A stretch of DNA of 63,786 nt, filler included, from Kipferlia bialata (taxonomy: Eukaryota): NCBI GenBank assembly GCA_003568945.1. It is 6 parts of 6 records of this genome, joined end to end, with 100 filler letters (N's around TTAATTAATTAA, not from the genome) between each part and the next. Parts side by side here need not be neighbours in the genome. Positions count along the whole stretch, not along the records: positions 49,361 to 56,066 come from BDIP01000636.1; positions 56,167 to 61,337 come from BDIP01000647.1; positions 61,438 to 63,786 come from BDIP01000711.1; 3 more parts are not named here. The stretch is one strand, 5' to 3'. How positions within the stretch are numbered: position 1 is the stretch's first letter; each line of letters opens with the position of its first letter. The position numbers and the translations under genes were made by a program. Under the pieces are notes generated by a model. The model was not told where the DNA came from. It worked only from the letters and a program-made list of their open reading frames with translations, and did no database searches. Shown one piece after another: positions 50,457 through 63,786 of this stretch.

Positions 50457-53400
50457 TCACTCTGCCCCCTGGAGTATGTCCATGACCACTGCCTCCAGAT
50501 GGCCCAGGATGCCAGTGCTGGTGTCTCTGAGGGTCAGAGGAGATTGGTGAGAGAGTTGTATACAATAGGAATACTCAAAGAGGCGTGTATTGACACCGTA
50601 ACACACCTATCAGCCCTTCTGAAGAAGGGGCAGTTGACGTCCAGCCTGCCCTCCTTGGGGTCCCTATCACAGCAGAACAGCACTGTGCGGCACAGGGCGG
50701 GGTATACTCCATCGAGCACCCTGCCTGGCTGTAGGACATAGGGCGTCAGGAAGAGCTTGAAGGCCTCTGCCCCTGAGGTGTTGGACAGGAACAGCAGGGC
50801 ATCGACAGCCTTCCTCAGCTGTAGGAGGGACTGTACCCCTTCGAAGGGAGAGGGTGCAGACGAGAAGGACTGCAGCCTCTCCAGGATGCCTGCGTTGTCT
50901 GCTGACAGGCCCTGTGCAGAGAGGAAGGCGTCACTGGGGGCAAGGATGGTGTCAACGGTGGTCTCTGCTGATGTGGCGACAGAGAGGAGCTTCCTGGCAA
51001 CGGCACAGTCGGCAAAGAGGGAGTCGACACTGCCCTGGAACCTGTCACAGTACAGCTGGAGGTGAGGTTGTACGGGTATATGTTAAAGAAGACACGTGGA
51101 TATACACACATGCACCCACCTTGTTGAGCACAGACAGACACACTCCCATGACATCGTCACTCACAGGCACTGCGGCAGCTGCCTCTCTGGCCTCTATGCC
51201 TAGGCCCTCTCCCTCCCCCTCTGCCTCCTCCGCATGTCCCTGTCCAAGTATCCGTCTCACCACACCCAGAGTGACTGCGTACAAGGCACGCACGCCCTCC
51301 CTACACATGGACAGGGCCTCTCTCGACCTCTTGGCATTGCGCAGGCGGATGAAGCCTGAGGTTAGAAGGTATGCGAAAAGTATAGATTGATAGATAGAGC
51401 ATGTCCACAAATATATAGATGTCAATACACATGCCACGAAGGATGAAGACTAGGGTCAGGGGGGGAAAAGATGAATATGATCACAGAGCCAATAGACATA
51501 GCATGCATATATACACATATACATCACCCACCTGCTGTCTCGCCACACAGGTCGTCCAGGATGGGGGGCCTGCTCTCCTCTATGGCAAAGTGCCTCAGGC
51601 GCGACATGACATGGGCCAGGCATGTGTTGATGTCCACAAAGCCCTCGGGGGTCACGTTGATGCCCCTAGGTAGTGATGGTAGTAGGCCAGAGAGCAGCAG
51701 GTGGTACCGCATGAATGCAGCACTGCGGGCAATGTTACGCGCTGTACCAAGGTCTGGCTTCAACTCCTGAAGGGTGAGTCTACATGTGTATATGTGTATG
51801 GTTGAGAGGGTAGGATGGAATGATGATAGTACACGAGGGTAATAGTCTCTGTCTCACCTCAGTCCAGTGCCCCCTGACGTTCTCCCTGTCTGCATAGGGC
51901 ATGGTGGCCACACACCCTGTGCCCTGGGCACCATCTCCCTTTACCCTTGCAGTCTTATCAGCCCCATGGGGGGTGAACAACACACTGGGCGTTGCGGCTG
52001 TGGTGATAGCCCTCCCTCCCCTCTCCCTCCTCGCCTCTCTATCCAGCACACTCTGTGCATGTACTCTCATGGCCAAGGGGTACTGGCCCATGGAGGAGAC
52101 AGTCTCTGTGTACTCTAGGAGCAGGTCCCGCACCCCCCTGTACCTGTTGTACCTGACAACAGACGCAGACTCGTCGGCCACCCAACCGCGTAGGATATCA
52201 ACCCTGGTAAGGGCCAAGGCGAGGGCCGTACGGCGTCTGAAGGTGAGTACTATAGTCGGCCGCATAGTAACATATAGTAACTGTAACGAGCATATCCAAC
52301 CGTTGCACCCACCTGTTAATGTATGCACTTGTCATGGCCTGCAGCCTGGGCAGGTCTCTGCTCCTAACCAGCTGGCACACCCTGTCTATCTCAGGGAGAC
52401 TCTTGAGCAGCGTCATGGACTGTGCCCCATAGGCAGAGGTGAAGGCAGGGCCTGCTCTCTGCTGGGTCTGCATCAGAGAGGGGGCACCAACCCCATACCC
52501 TAGGCCAGAGAGGCCCCTCCTGTGTCCCCCGGCCCCACCCTCTCTCTCCCTGTCCCCTGCACCGTATGCACTGGCACTGACACTGGTGAGGGCATCAGCC
52601 GCAGCTGCCAGGTTGGACGGGGTGAAGACAGGGTCGGTGGTCAGCACAGACAGCACGTACTGGCGGCCCTGTTGTAAGAGATGTGGAAAGACATGTACAC
52701 TTGAGCACACCCTTACCTGTCTGTGTTCGTGGCATTTGGGGTCGGTGAGACTGCCCAGCTTGCCCAGCGACTGGAGGGACTCCCCATCTGAGGGGTATCC
52801 TCCAAAGGTGCCCTCCCCAGACCCTGTTGCAAAGGAGTCTGACACATAGACAGAGAGGGCACTCTCCAACACCCCCTGCCCTTCTGTGTCTGTGTCTGTG
52901 GGGTATACACACAGGGGTGGGGGGGATATGCGACTGGCCAGACAGGCAGCCACGGAGTCCGGCTGCTGTAGCGCCTTGATCAGAGACCGTTCCTGGTACG
53001 TTAGATGAAGACAAGGTATATTATCATTGGGGTATTGTCCCTATAAGTGTGAACGGGGTATACGACATGTACCTGGAGCACAGCTGCAGTCTTAAGACAA
53101 CACCCTACAAGGGAGTCCGACACTATCGCGTAGAAAGGGGTCTGGGGCACAAGACCCAGAGCCTCAAGGGAAGTGGAGGCTGAGTCGAAGAGAGAAGCCA
53201 CGGAGGGAAGAGGAATGGACTCTTGAGACGATATCTGATGGCGGATAGGAGTGGGAGAGAGTATCCTGGTGAGGAGAGGGTTGCATGCCTCCGCCGCAGC
53301 CCCTACCCACCCTGCCACCCCAGTATCCTCTACCCCCATGACACCCCCCTCGTCCTCCATGATGTCCTGTGGAGTGCAGAGGGGCAGCACTCTGCCCCAG

Positions 53401-55946
53401 CCTAGGTAGAGGCCTAGACCTGCCAGCAGAGAGTCCCCCAGGGTAGCAGCCACTCTAGTCTCAGTCTCCACCCTCTCAGTCTCGTCCAGTGCCTCCTGCG
53501 GCACTCTGAAGATCTCAAGGCCCACTAGAGTGTTGGCGTCGGTACCACTCCCACCCTTGGCGGCATCAGGGAACAGTTCCTGTGTGCCTACCCCTGTGGG
53601 TGTGTACTCAGGTGAGGTACAGGGAGAGACAGACACACTGCACACACTGGATATAGGTGATAGGGCATGGTCTCTGGAGGGTGATCTAGACATGGCCTCG
53701 TTGCAGAAGTGGAAGGCGGTAGAGGGACACCCGGCACCCAGCGAGGCAGCAGAGACAACGTCCTCTGTCTGGGGCCTCTCCTGCCCTCCCCCTCTCTCTG
53801 TGCCACTGAGGATGGTGACTGTGTACTGGGGTATGCACCCAGTATCCAGTGAGACCAGCCTCTGCTCCAGCTCTCCTGACGCATCTGTGACCTCATCCAC
53901 CCCAGTGGCATAGCTGTCATCCCCCACCCCCAACAAGAACTCCTGGGCCATGGTATCCAGCCTACCCATAGCCATGCCGCACAGCTCCACACCCCTGTCC
54001 ACAGCTGTCTGGAGGCAGTCGGAGGCGTCTGTCCCATCTGCCTCTGCTCCCCTTCCCAATAGGGGTCTGAGCACACTGGCGCACACGTCTCTGTCATCAA
54101 GTACAGTGCGCACCAGGGTGAGCACAGTGTACAGTGACACCCCTAGCAGCTGTGCGTGGTCTGGGTCTGACCCGTGGGCATGGCCATACACGACCCCTGC
54201 CGCATGGACCAGGAGGGGGGGCACGGTGTCTAGGGAGTCCTTGATGCCGCATAGCAAGGCCAGGGCCAGCCACGTGACAGACCGCTCAGAGACAGGTACA
54301 CTGGCAAAGAGAGGGTCGGCACGCAGACGGTCTGCCTCATAGAACAGTACCTGCGGGGTGAGGGCTGGCAGACGTTGTACAGTTCCTGGAGCTCACGGCA
54401 GCCAAAGCAACACTTCATAATTAGGGAACACACACATATATAATCATGACCCACCTGTGACACTGCGTGGCATGTGAGCAGGGTGCTGACGTAGGAGATA
54501 CCCCCGTGCAGTATGGCAAGTGACCCAAAGACCCTGGCCACAGTGGGTGTCCTGATCAGCTGGATGCCGGACCAGCCACCCTTGACATCCACCGTATCTG
54601 TGTGTGTGTCACCCTGTACACTAGTGCTATGCATAGTAGTACTAGTCCTAGGTGCATCAGTGCCCTCAGGGTGGGACAGACCCGCACACAGACCAGCAAG
54701 AGCAGCCAGCAGTCCTGCGGCTGGGCCCGTATCCACCATGGCCGTGGTATACACATCAAGGACAAGGTGGGACACTGAGGGTGGGGGGGGGTCCTACTGT
54801 AGAGTGCCATGGTGTGTATACATCCCAACCCACCTAGGTCTGCCAGGTCTGCGTCTGTGAGACACATGCTCTGGGTCAGTGCCACGGAGCAGTGGGTCTG
54901 GGGGTCAAGAGGGGGGGGGGGGGCAGTCACATACATATATACTACACAACAACACTCCATGGACACTATAAACGCACCTCCTCCGACATGTGCGTCATGA
55001 CTGTCTGCTGGGGGGATGCTCTGACAGGGGTGAAGGTGTTGGGGGTGGACCTGACCCTCTCGTACTTGGCAGGCATCTGGGGGGTCACAGACCTGGGTCA
55101 GAGGGGTATATATACATATGCACACACCTATGCAACAAGTATACAAACTCCTCACCTGTAACTCTCCCAGGGTCCTGTCCTTAGTCTCTGGGAGGCCTGG
55201 GTGCCCTTGAATATCTGCAGTCTGCCTAGGGTACCCACCAGAGCAGCTGCCCCCGTTCTATAGGACGCAGCCGCCATGGCACCCAGTAGATAGGGAGACT
55301 GCAGGAGGGGCACACCGTGTGTGGCAAAGAGACGCCGTGCCTGGAGATGTCTGTAGTGTCCGTTCCTGGGTCCCCTCCCCCTTATCCGTCTGACCCCCTG
55401 CCCCTCTGTCCTAAGGGTGCGAGAGGTATGGGGTGCCCTGATGGAGAGGGTCTGCTTGACCCTGTGGGTGGGTATCCTCCCTGTGCCCGCTCCCACGCGG
55501 TGGGTGTCAGTCTGGTACATACCACTGGCAGTGGGGGTGTGGGCATAGGGCGTCCTCTGCTGGGGACGGCCAGACATGGAGACAGAGAGGGGGTGGGGGG
55601 ACATGTGCGGGGTCATGGCCGTGCCCCCTAGGTGTGGTCCCGGGGTGTGTTGGACTGAGGCCCCTGTTAGATGCGTGTCCCGGGTAGGGAACACCACCAC
55701 GGGCTGGGCCTCTGGCTGGGGGTCATGCACACTCAGACGATGCAGGGCGGGGGTCAGGTACGAGAGCTCCTGCTCTCTGAAGGACAGAACCTGGGGTGAG
55801 TACATATAATAGAGAGACTATGAGAGAGGGGAGTTGGAGAGTAGTGAGAGATGTCTCCCCCTTACCTTCTCTGCATACTGGGTCAGACCCTCGGTGTAGT
55901 TCTCCCGCCCACCCTTCAACTCCTGGGAGGCGCGTCGCACATCAAC
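50457..55946 (-). CDS. Large multi-exon hypothetical protein, 5' truncated
   Basis: Chain of long GC-rich same-strand ORFs (418, 251, 217, 182 aa) separated by short GT-AG introns. The last exon reads DTSTGILGHLEAVVMDILQGAE*. Confidence 0.7.
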
Positions 55947-56066
55947 CTGACAGGTTAGAGAGAAACATGTACAAACATGAGGTTCCAAATAGTGTATCAG
56001 TAAGAATGGATTGAAGAAGAGAATGTTTGGGGGGGGGGGGGGGGGGGAAAAACTTCCCTATTTTTC

Positions 56067-56166
56067 NNNNNNNNNNNNNNNNNNNNNNNNNNNNNNNNNN
56101 NNNNNNNNNNTTAATTAATTAANNNNNNNNNNNNNNNNNNNNNNNNNNNNNNNNNNNNNNNNNNNN
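56067..56166. other. Artificial contig spacer
   Basis: N44-TTAATTAATTAA-N44. Confidence 0.97.
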
Positions 56167-56255
56167 TTTTTCCCCCCCCTTTTTTCCCCCCCCCCCCCCC
56201 CCCCCCCCCCTTCCTCCACTCTGGTAACTCTCCTCTACCCTTCCCTACCCCTCAG

Positions 56256-57629
56256 ACCGTCCCCGTCCCCATAGGCGATGGGCCTGAGGACCCCATGGGC
56301 CACATCACAACGGACGAGAGAGGCATCCCCGTCGGAGGGTCCACCTCTTACAGGGCACTCGACGGGTCGATATTTACACATGGTACGTGACGCATATACT
56401 GACACCACCTAGAGTATCACTATTCCTTTGCACTCTATCTTCCTTTTCTCCCCCTTCTGACCCCAGACCTAGCCACCTCCCGGGAGGCCATGGATCTTGA
56501 CTACTTTGTAGATCTCATGGGGTTCTTTGTACACGCAGAGGAGTTTGCGGGGTATTGCAGGTAATTATGTCGCTTACCTCTCTACCCCCATCTATCCCTC
56601 TGCCTCACCCTAGGGATCAGCTGTGCTCTGGATCTGGGGGTCTCAAGGCAGTCAGGGCCAGGTGCTATGATGACAGGGTCCACCGCAAGTACTGGTACGT
56701 ACAGTGCATACTACCAGTACCTAGTGTCTACATATCCCCCAACCTCTATACATATCTTTACCTATATACACCCCACCCCAGGTACCATGCGGATGCCTTT
56801 GCCGAGGAGGTCCAGAAGGTATGGGACCGGGTGGTATCTGAGTTTGACCCCTCCAAGGAGGAGCCGATCAAGACAAAGCTGAGAAAGAGGGTGCTTGTCC
56901 TATTGGAGAGGCACACCAAGTGGATGCGGCAGCTGGATCAGTACATCACAGGGTGGGTACAGAGTTTCACAAAGTCTCTCTGTCTCTATATACTAGGATT
57001 GTAACGACCCCTCACCCCCCAGGTCCCATGAGATGCGCATCTGTCAGAAGGAATGCATGGATCTGTCCGAGGTCTGCTCTCTACTGTCCGGGGTATGCTG
57101 CTAGTGTCACTATTTAGACCTCTTCTTCCTATCATCACAGACACAGAGCATTCTGTGTTTCGGTGGGATGTCTACAGCGGTGTTTGGTTGCAATCGTAAT
57201 ATGTATGCTTCTACCATCTCTCCATTCACTCCAGCGACTGGTAGAGATGAACAGTGATATGGAACCGGCCGTGCTGGCCCGTCTCAACGTAAGTGGACAG
57301 TGTTCACTGACTCATACACATTGATATGTGTATGCGTATATGTGTCGTGAGTGTCTGACCCCCTAGGCCATGCTGCCCCAGTATGACCAGTATATGGTGA
57401 TACTCATGGGGGAGGTGGATACCCTGCTCTCAAAGCAGCAGAGGGCCAAGAACAGACGCACCGGCAAGGACGTCAAGGTGAGAGATGGTTATATTGAGGA
57501 GAGTCCACCTATAGTCATGCGCAATTACACTAGAGAGCCATTCTATCGCCGATTCGTGGTGAGGTTGTTGTGTACAATGTTGATATGTATCTCTGGTACT
57601 CCGTATAACCCCAGGTATCCAAGCTGTGA
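56256..57629 (+). CDS. Multi-exon hypothetical protein, 3' portion
   Basis: In-frame exons encode DLDYFVDLMGFFVHAEEFAGYC, YHADAFAEEVQKVWDRVVSEFD, MLPQYDQYMVILMGEVDTLLSKQQRAKNRRTGKDVK and VSKL*. Confidence 0.65.
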
Positions 57630-58000
57630 CCAGGATATATCCTTGAAGAATCGCAATCGAGTGCAACAGCCTCACATACCACGGATGAATACGTTGGGGC
57701 AGGACCTCCTCTTCTGTGTGTGACACAGACACTCAGTATAGAAGTGGAAGAGGATCCATAAGAAGTACTAGACCTAGTAAAAGGGATTCAGAATCCATTA
57801 TATTCCTGGATTACCGGCCCCCATGCAAAATTGGACTCCATATTTACTTCACACCCAGTGTCACACTGACAGTGTGGACCACACTGAGGACTGTCCTGCA
57901 TCCCTTGTCCAAAAACCTACGGTCATGAAACGCAAGTGTGTTGCAGACTTTGTGATGTGTGGAAATGATACAAGTGTGACACTGTTCTGTGTCTCTCTCG

Positions 58001-58389
58001 ATGTCAATTCGCCGCTACCAGCCTGGCGACGAGGAGGACTGTCTCTCTGTGTGGGAAAACTCTACGCGTCTCGCACATGGAGCCTTCTTCTCCGAAGAGT
58101 TCATAGCGAAGGAGCGAATCAACCATGCGACGTTCTACCTCCCCAAACTTGACACCTGGGTCTATGTCGACGACGGACACGCTGTGGGGTTTATGGTGCT
58201 GATAGGGAACGAGGTGGGGGGCCTCTTTGTACACGGGAGCCATCACGGTAAGGGGTATGGGAGAGCCCTTGTCGATAAGGCCAGAGACATGCACGGCAAT
58301 CTAGAGGTCGAAGTGTTTGAAAACAACCCAATTGGCAGGCGGTTCTACGATCGGTACGCCGCTTCCTCCCTTATATATATATATATCTG

Positions 58390-58423
<34 letters not shown>

Positions 58424-58700
58424 ATGATTCATACTTTGAATATTCATAGACATAATATTGACTCTTAGATATATCTCCACTGTGTTATGGACCCTCCAGG
58501 TATGGCTATCTAGTGCATAGTATGTACACCTGCCGATTCATTTCTCTGCATTTGGCCTGCTCTGACCTGTATTGACCTGTATTGACCTGTGTTGACCCTC
58601 CAGGTATGGCTTCGTCTCCCGGGATGGGCCGGGTAATGTGCACAGGCACGAGGAGACGCGGGAGAATCTGCTCAGGCTCTATTACACGGCCCCCAAGTGA
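58001..58700 (+). CDS. GNAT N-acetyltransferase (bacterial YjaB/YiaC-like), 2 exons (58001-58353, 58604-58700), 149 aa
   Basis: MSIRRYQPGD..VWENSTRLAH.F..., VGFMVLIGNEVGGLFVHGSHHGKGYGRALVD (acetyl-CoA motif A), LEVEVFENNPIGRRFYDR|YGF. Splicing restores the conserved FY.+.GF motif. Confidence 0.88.
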
Positions 58701-59247
58701 AGGTGGAGTGAATCATGATGTTGCCAATGGGACCTAGAATCTAACCAATAGACATGCAGAGCGTCTCTTTTGCAATGCAGCCTACATATAGGATTATTGT
58801 AAGATGCAATGAATGATTCATTATGGATCTCTCAGAAAGGTATGTATATCATTGATATACATACCTCTCTAGTTGATATTATCAATAGCGAGAGAGAAAG
58901 GTCACCTTAATGAGTGTGTTTGGTAGGTCCTCGCCTCTATCAACCGATACGGTATCGGTTACCGATACCGCACCTCAAGGAGGAGAGAGAGAGCGAGTTA
59001 TACACTTTCATCACGTTGTTATAAACGTTAGTGTGTAATATATCAGTGGTCACAGGGCATGTGGACTCTACAGTGTAGTCTACACTGTAGACTCTACGGT
59101 GTAGAGTGCGGGGAACTCCTCAAGAGAAGCCATCCCCAAACACCTACTGTTGACCCAAAGCTCACTCACTGTATACCCAGCTACTTCAACCTGCATTGAC
59201 TGTCTCTCTTTTCGCACTATCTAGTGTCGAGATACAGACTAGTGGGA

Positions 59248-60176
59248 ATGTCCTCACCCAAGCAGCCCCTCTCTCCCACTGAGTGTGACTCGTCAGAGGA
59301 CTCACATGCCGAGGACTACCTCAGTGCAGTGAGTAGCGGTATCTCTACAGTTGAGGAGTACTTCCAAGGCATTGAGGACCTGGCTGTTACCTTATCTGGC
59401 CTGGTTACTCCAACCAAGCTTGACCCTACCGCCCTCAGCCAGATAGAGGGTGTGCTCACTGCCCTGACGGAGATGAGGGCCGGTGGCAAGGAGACAGTCC
59501 GCACAGTGGAGCAGTATATTACAGTGTCCAGTAGAGGTACAATGGACTCCAACAGGAGACAGAGGCTCGATTACCTGGTGCAGAGACTCAGAGCCGTCAG
59601 CCGCAAGTTCTCCTCGAGCATTGACAATGCGGAGAGGGTGGCCAGGGGGTTGGTGCCCAGGATCCAGGCTGTACACAACATACTCCTCATCCCCACCCTT
59701 CTGTTAGAGGCCCTAGTCTCTAGGCCCCAGAGACTGTGTCACTGGGTGTGACCCCAGCCGACAAGGACACCCTCACAAGGTATCACTTTGCATATTTAAT
59801 GGTCGTGTGTTTCGTTAACTCTTATTCTATACTTCTCATTCCGTCTTCTCCCAGGTGTGCACGGGCCCTTTCCTCTGAGGGGGAGGTCCCCCAGGCAGAC
59901 CTGATAGCCATGGCCAAGGCGGGTAAAGTGTATGGATGGGTAACCTCTGCCAACATGAAGGTGATTGGACCAATCATTGGTGCCTATCTGGGCAAGAAGG
60001 AGACCTACCAAGTGCACAGGGTTCCCCTGAGTGAGTATACCCTTGAGCAGGTGGGTAAGGTGGCTGCCACGCTCAAGGATGAATACCTTGGCTCAGTGGT
60101 GATGAGTGTGGCAGGGGACATGGACACCCAGTGGCACAGACTGTGCCCCCCAGACAGTGACAAGGAAGACCTATAG
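59248..60176 (+). CDS. Hypothetical protein (probably 3 exons)
   Basis: Two overlapping long ORFs (175 and 146 aa) joined through GT-AG introns (clear one at 59780-59854), ending LCPPDSDKEDL*. Confidence 0.6.
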
Positions 60177-60717
60177 GCGGGAAAGCCTTTGGAGACCACT
60201 TGGAACGAGCTAAGAGAGAACGGTTTGGAGGGTGTCAATCTCTCCTATTCCCTTTCACTCCTCAGTAACTTACTGAGTCGTTAAGCCAAGTTGTAGTGTT
60301 AGTGCAAGGTTGTCTGATTTTACAACTTTCAAATCCCTCAGACACTAGAGACTCATCGAGTAGACATCTATTCTGTAGCTCTTGCAAAGGGGTCATCGTT
60401 GTTGTGTCACTGATCTATGACCTATGTAATAATACTTACTCTCCCTCATCCTAATATGGTGTGGTTGCTATCTCGCCACAATGGGTAGTCCCTTTGACCC
60501 CCGGTTCTCTCTCTGGGGAAGGGAAGGGTATGGTGGTGAACCAGGACTTCTCTGTCTCTTAGACATCATATACTGTGATGCCCGCATTTCTACCAGGCAT
60601 ACGTGAGATCAGGTAAAACACTTGACACAGCGGGGTACCAAGTTGGTACTACCACAGTACCTAGTGTTATTCTCTATGATAAACGTATATTCTGTCTCTC
60701 CGGAGCTCATCTCATAG

Positions 60718-61148
60718 CCATTTCCCCGTGAGAGTGAGAGATACAGAGGGGAGAGACTGAGACAGGAGGCAGAGGCCAAGAAGGCAGAGGCTGCGCACTC
60801 AACAGGCAGAGGATGCTGGAGAATGGGGAAGCAAAACAAGAGAAAGGCAAATACGACAAGGAAGGCAGGGGGGACAAGAAGTGAGGGAATCTAAATGCGG
60901 TCTGTCATGCGTCTTACTAGTAATGTAGTGAATCTCCGTAGGATACCACTTCTATGAACACATACATTGTCAACGCGGTCTCTTGTGTTAAACTTCCAAA
61001 CAAAAACACACAAGGGTTTAGGAGCACCTAGCACTGCATATCTGTATCTCTTTAGTCCCAGTGTTAGGGTGGGATTGAACATGAAGGGAGCCAAGAGGAG
61101 AGATATCAAGGCGCAGGCTGGTAAGAAGTCCAACAAGGGAGCCGCAAA
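60718..61148 (+). CDS. Lys/Arg-rich spliced gene fragment
   Basis: Purine-rich exon-like blocks ending at GTGAG donors (RLRQEAEAKKAEAA; NMKGAKRRDIKAQAGKKSNKGAAK). The start is unresolved. Confidence 0.4.
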
Positions 61149-61287
61149 GTGAGTGAGTTTGTATTGACTTGTATATAGTCAATCCCAGTATGATGTATCA
61201 TCTGTGTGTACATGTTGAAGCGCATGGCTGTATCAGCATGTCTACACTCGCATGAGACTCTGTATGAAAGCATTTTACCCTGTTATC

Positions 61288-61337
<50 letters not shown>

Positions 61338-61437
61338 NNNNNNNNNNNNNNNNNNNNNNNNNNNNNNNNNNNNNNNNNNNNTTAATTAATTAANNNNNNN
61401 NNNNNNNNNNNNNNNNNNNNNNNNNNNNNNNNNNNNN
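61338..61437. other. Artificial contig spacer
   Basis: N44-TTAATTAATTAA-N44. Confidence 0.97.
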
Positions 61438-61487
61438 CCACACCATATATTTATACCCCCCCCCCCCCCCCCCCCCTGACTCTCTAG

Positions 61488-62394
61488 GAAGGACAGGATA
61501 GATGCCCTAACCACCATGCTGCACACTAATGAGGAGGAGATAGCACAGCTCAGAGAGGAGAAGGGTACGGGAGGAGTAGTGGTGCTCTATTCTTTGTCTC
61601 TTTGACTCTATGTGTTTCTCTATCTGTTATCCAACCCCAGGTACCCTGGAGGCTGAGTTGGAGAGAGAGAGAGAGGAGAGAGAGGCAGGGAGAGAGGAGC
61701 ACAGGGTAGAGATAGAGGATCTGACGCAGAGGGTATGGAAATTGGCTGTATATGACTCCCACTATCTCTCTGTCCTACTCAATACCTGTATTCCTGCCCC
61801 TTTTGACATACCAGCACAACCAGTCCTTGGTTACTGTCCAGCACCTGTGCACAGAGGTGGCTACACTCACACAGGCAAAGAAGGTGGGGGGGCTATATAT
61901 TGACCATATACTATGGGTGTATAGCATACAGGTGTATGTATGTACTGGTGTCTAACTATCAGGAGCTAGAGGACACCCTTGCCTCCTGTGAGACTGAGGG
62001 ACAGGCACACAAGGATAGGGCAGATAGCCTCAGGTGGGACACAACGGTAGTACAGTACTATCGTTAGCTACGTATATTCTCCCAAGTTCCTCCTGTGTTA
62101 TCTCTCTCTCTCTCTCTCTCATACCCTCACTCCAGGTTCCGCCTCTTCCAGCGCACTGTACTCATGCTCAAGATGCAGAGGCTGGCAGATGGGATCAGGT
62201 AAGTGGGGAAGCCGGGTGTATAGCAGTCCATGTGCTATATAATTCTATATACAGTGCCTCTGACCCCCAGCATGACGTGCTCTGTGGACCAGCTGTGGGA
62301 GAGGGTGCAGGCCCTGGAGGCAGAGGCAGGGCATGAGGTGGGGGAGGATGTGTGGGTCAGTGTGGTGCTGGGGGCACTGGACGGGAAGAGCTGA
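61488..62394 (+). CDS. Coiled-coil protein, 3' portion (6 exons)
   Basis: In-frame exons encode KDRIDALTTMLHTNEEEIAQLREEK, TLEAELEREREE, ELEDTLASCETE and VDQLWERVQALEAEAG..LDGKS*. Confidence 0.7.
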
Positions 62395-62578
62395 GAGGAG
62401 AGAGGACTGCTGTATGAATAGAGGTTTCTATAGTCAATGTCGAATCATACATCACTCCATACTAAGCCTTGTACTGTTGTGGACCGACCATTTCTATTCT
62501 ATGTAGCCTGTCTCTATCTACTGCTATCTATGTATAACCACCCTACTCAGGGTGATGCCTCCTATCCACCCATGCACC

Positions 62579-63731
62579 CTATGACTCCATCTTGATGCCT
62601 AGCAGGTACCCTATGAAGTCCTTGTCGTAGTGGTACTGGCAGTTCTCCACATCGTAGAAGGGGAGGGTCTGGAAGTTGATCTGACGGTCAGGCGTGGAGA
62701 GTCTATAGCGGCATATACAAACTCACGCATGGTAACGACAACTTCTATACAACAACACAATCATATATACAGTATGGTATGTATAGTATCACTGCATCCT
62801 CACATTTGTGTCAGGAGGCAGGTCGTTGAACCACCCAGCCACCTCGTGGTTGTACATGGCCATCAGCTGGTGGGCCTGGGGGTAAGCGATAGGATATCAG
62901 TGATACACAAATACATGTATGCATATTCCTATGTACGCACCGTGACGCCGTCTGTGTCCATCTCCCCCACCCCCTCTGCCGACTCCATGTTCCACACCGT
63001 GGCATTGAACCCAGAGTAGTCCCAGCCAAAGGTGGAGACTTCGCCCCAGCTGGTCTGCTCTGACGTGAGGGGGGGGGTGGAGAGAGAGAGATAATGGACA
63101 GTAGGTGTTAGTGTGTATCCTCCCCACCTCTGCGCATGTGTGCCTGCATGGCCAGTCCCACACTGGCACCCAGGGTGATGGCCAATTCACCATCAGCCAC
63201 ACTCTCACCCACATACACCTCAATGGTGCCTGGGGGTCACAAGCATCACATATATAGAGATGCATATGTATACATAGATACGCCACATATTGATGCACCG
63301 CACCTGTGATGTTCATGTATGCTGCACTGGACAGTATGTCGAGGGTGGGGTACAGGGTGGATGTGGATGCCACACTCAGAGGGGCAGACCCATACACCTC
63401 GTACAGACCTGGGGGTCAGGAGGAGACAGGAGACAGAGTGACCATCCTACTCATTCACACATATACCCTCCACCCCTCACCTGGGCATGCTGCACTGAGT
63501 GTCTCTGTGGTCAGCATACTCAATAGGAACGCATCGGTTGTGTCCTCGTGGTTGCAGTGGCCACTGTAGAAGTCATTGTCCTGGGGTTAGGGGGGATGGG
63601 TGAGGGGGGGTGGCAGGTGGGTATGTCCCCAAAACATGCATGAACCTGTCTAATGTTGATATCGCTCTCGAAGGATGACTTGCCCCAGAAGAACTGCATA
63701 TCGGCATCGGTCAGCACATCGGGCAGGGGGC
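62579..63731 (-). CDS. Multi-exon hypothetical protein, 3' portion
   Basis: Exons with CCCCAG acceptors encode VLTDADMQFFWGKSSFESD, DNDFYSGHCNHEDTTDAFLL, WGEVSTFGWDYSGFNATVWN and AHQLMAMYNHEVAGWFNDLP. The frame of the last exon is uncertain. Confidence 0.6.
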
Positions 63732-63786
63732 CTGGGGTGGGGGGGGGGGGTATGAGATGTGACCATCACATAAGTGAGTAGGGGGG

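Noticed and set aside
44607..55809. Plus-strand ORFs of 100-220 aa overlapping the large minus-strand genes
   Set aside because: Antisense shadows of GC-rich coding exons, with no recognisable motifs.

Overview
Intron-rich eukaryotic DNA using the standard code. Six contigs are joined by artificial 100-nt spacers (N44-TTAATTAATTAA-N44). The style suggests a free-living fornicate such as Kipferlia bialata (inference only): short exons, a branch point fused to a CCCCAG acceptor, TA/CT microsatellite introns and intronless propeller-family paralogues. Genes reconstructed by hand: a cathepsin B-like protease fused to at least 7 Ig-like repeats, an MTR4/Ski2-family RNA helicase, a glutathione S-transferase, a prokaryote-type glutamine synthetase I with about 11 introns, two head-to-head Kelch-like paralogues, a bacterial-type GNAT acetyltransferase with one intron, and several hypothetical proteins. 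The most striking feature is a system of polarised 'exon echoes'. Many introns are filled with partial copies of the neighbouring exons: 5' parts with their acceptor lie upstream of the real exon, and 3' parts with their donor lie downstream. Differences from the exon appear to fall mostly at synonymous positions. Intergenic DNA also carries clusters of palindromes with a 1-nt centre. Exon coordinates were derived by eye and may be off by a few nucleotides.
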